Shown here: positions 62,724-64,000 of the stretch, piece after piece
How the letters are laid out: each line of letters begins with the position of its first letter
How positions within the stretch are numbered: position 1 is the first letter of the stretch
From: an uncultured Fidelibacterota bacterium
GTDB taxonomy: Bacteria > Fidelibacterota > Marinisomatia > Marinisomatales > UBA1611
Length of the DNA stretch: 64,000 nt
Assembly: GCA_913040915.1 (NCBI GenBank)
Contig: CAJWHW010000002.1
Location: forward strand, 1-64,000
Direction: 5' to 3'
The notes under the pieces: model-generated
What the model was told of the DNA's origin: nothing
What the model saw: only the letters and a program-made list of their open reading frames with translations
The model's database searches: none
Position numbers and translations under genes: made by a program

Positions 62724-63842
62724 ATGAAATCATTAAAATTAACAATTCTTCCAGGTGATGGTATAGGCCCAGAAGTAATGGATGCCGCCCTGGGTATCTT
62801 GGATGTTATAGGTGCTCACTATAACCTGAATTTTGAATTTCAGTCAGAATTAATGGGCGGGGCATCAATTGATCGATGTGGCGAGCCTATTACTGTAGAT
62901 GTTTTGGAAAAATGCAAGGCATCTGATGCTGTACTTTTAGGTGCTGTGGGAGGACTTAAGTGGGATGACTTACCTCCAGAAAAAAAACCTGAAAAAGGGT
63001 TGTTACGCCTTAGGGAAGAGTTAGGATTGTTTTGCAATCTTCGCCCTGCGAAGATTTATACCCCATTGGCAGATGCATCAACACTTAAAAGGGATGTAAT
63101 TGTAGGCTCGGATATAATGGTGGTCCGTGAATTAACAAGTGGAATTTATTTTGGTGAGCCTAGGGGCCTTAATCGAGATGAAGGTTATAATACACTTTAT
63201 TATAAAAGAAATGAGGTAGAGAGGATTGCCAAATCAGCCTTTAAGCTAGCGCAAAAACGTAATGGCCATGTTACATCAGTAGATAAGTCCAATGTATTAG
63301 ATAGTTCGCAGTTTTGGCGGAATATTGTTCATGAAGTTCATAAGGATTTTAAAGATGTTCCTTTAACAGACATGCTTGTTGATAATGCTGCTATGCAATT
63401 AGTACGTGATCCTAAGCAGTTTGATGTCGTAGTCACTCAAAATTTATTCGGGGATATATTAAGTGATATTACCGCTATACTTACCGGCAGTTTAGGTATG
63501 CTTCCATCGGCCAGTATTGGTGATACCCATGCCTTATATGAGCCTGTCCATGGGACAGCACCAGATATTGCCGGACAAAATAAAGCTAATCCGATTGCCA
63601 TGATTAGTTCCGTAGCCATGATGTTGGAAATCACTCTAAATCTGCCTCAGGCAGCATTGGAGTTAAATCAAGCGATTGAATCCGTATTAAATGAAGGATA
63701 TAGGACTTTGGATATTGCATCTGAAGGTTCGATCATTATTTCAACAACTGATATGAGGGATCAAATAATCCAAACCTTTGAAAAAAATGTAGTTCAAGTT
63801 ACTAATATGTCTTCTCAAGAATTTGTAAAGGAAAAAAGATGA
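62724..63842 (+). CDS. leuB: 3-isopropylmalate dehydrogenase
   Basis: [46 protein letters not shown]; start moved to MKSL at 62724. Confidence 0.97.
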   Translation: MKSLKLTILPGDGIGPEVMDAALGILDVIGAHYNLNFEFQSELMGGASIDRCGEPITVDVLEKCKASDAVLLGAVGGLKWDDLPPEKKPEKGLLRLREELGLFCNLRPAKIYTPLADASTLKRDVIVGSDIMVVRELTSGIYFGEPRGLNRDEGYNTLYYKRNEVERIAKSAFKLAQKRNGHVTSVDKSNVLDSSQFWRNIVHEVHKDFKDVPLTDMLVDNAAMQLVRDPKQFDVVVTQNLFGDILSDITAILTGSLGMLPSASIGDTHALYEPVHGTAPDIAGQNKANPIAMISSVAMMLEITLNLPQAALELNQAIESVLNEGYRTLDIASEGSIIISTTDMRDQIIQTFEKNVVQVTNMSSQEFVKEKR

Positions 63843-64000
63843 GTGAAAAAATTATAGTATTTGATACAACATTGCGGGATGGTGAACAAGCGCCAGGTGC
63901 ATCCCTCAACGTATATGAAAAGTTGGAAATTGCAAAACAAATGGAGCGACTTAATGTGGATGTTATTGAAGCAGGATTCCCAGTCTCATCGCAAGCACAG
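63839..64000 (+). CDS. leuA: 2-isopropylmalate synthase, 5' part (runs off window)
   Basis: ATGA overlap with leuB stop; [23 protein letters not shown]...VDVIEAGFP. Confidence 0.93.
   Translation, partial: MSEKIIVFDTTLRDGEQAPGASLNVYEKLEIAKQMERLNVDVIEAGFPVSSQAQ

Overview
AT-rich, gene-dense bacterial chromosomal window. The gene content (T9SS-like C-terminal sorting domain protein, TolB/Omp85 fusion) suggests an FCB-group marine bacterium such as Marinimicrobia; this is inference. 1-29.4 kb holds mixed housekeeping and envelope genes: PLP trans-sulfuration enzyme, GT2, a large secreted M43 metalloprotease, Xaa-Pro peptidase, AlkA, OM barrels, an ABC pair, ligA, cysteine dioxygenase and carAB. 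29.5-34.7 kb is an unusual module: K+ channel, free cyclic-nucleotide-binding protein, a membrane protein fused to TerB, a free TerB paralogue and an Arg-rich microprotein. 34.7-64 kb is a ~29 kb amino-acid biosynthesis supercluster (aro/trp/phe/tyr, thr/met, asn, ilv/leu) with no transcription-factor gene. Reading the intergenic DNA shows an RNA-level control element ahead of each block, none in the ORF track: a Tyr/Trp/Phe leader-peptide attenuator before a 16-gene aromatic operon, a poly-Asn leader-peptide attenuator before asnB, an Ile/Leu/Val-rich leader with a long hairpin before ilvB, and a SAM-I riboswitch before the thr/met block. The first genes of two operons (metY, ilvD) survive only as deletion scars. 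No rRNA, tRNA, CRISPR or mobile element was recognised.
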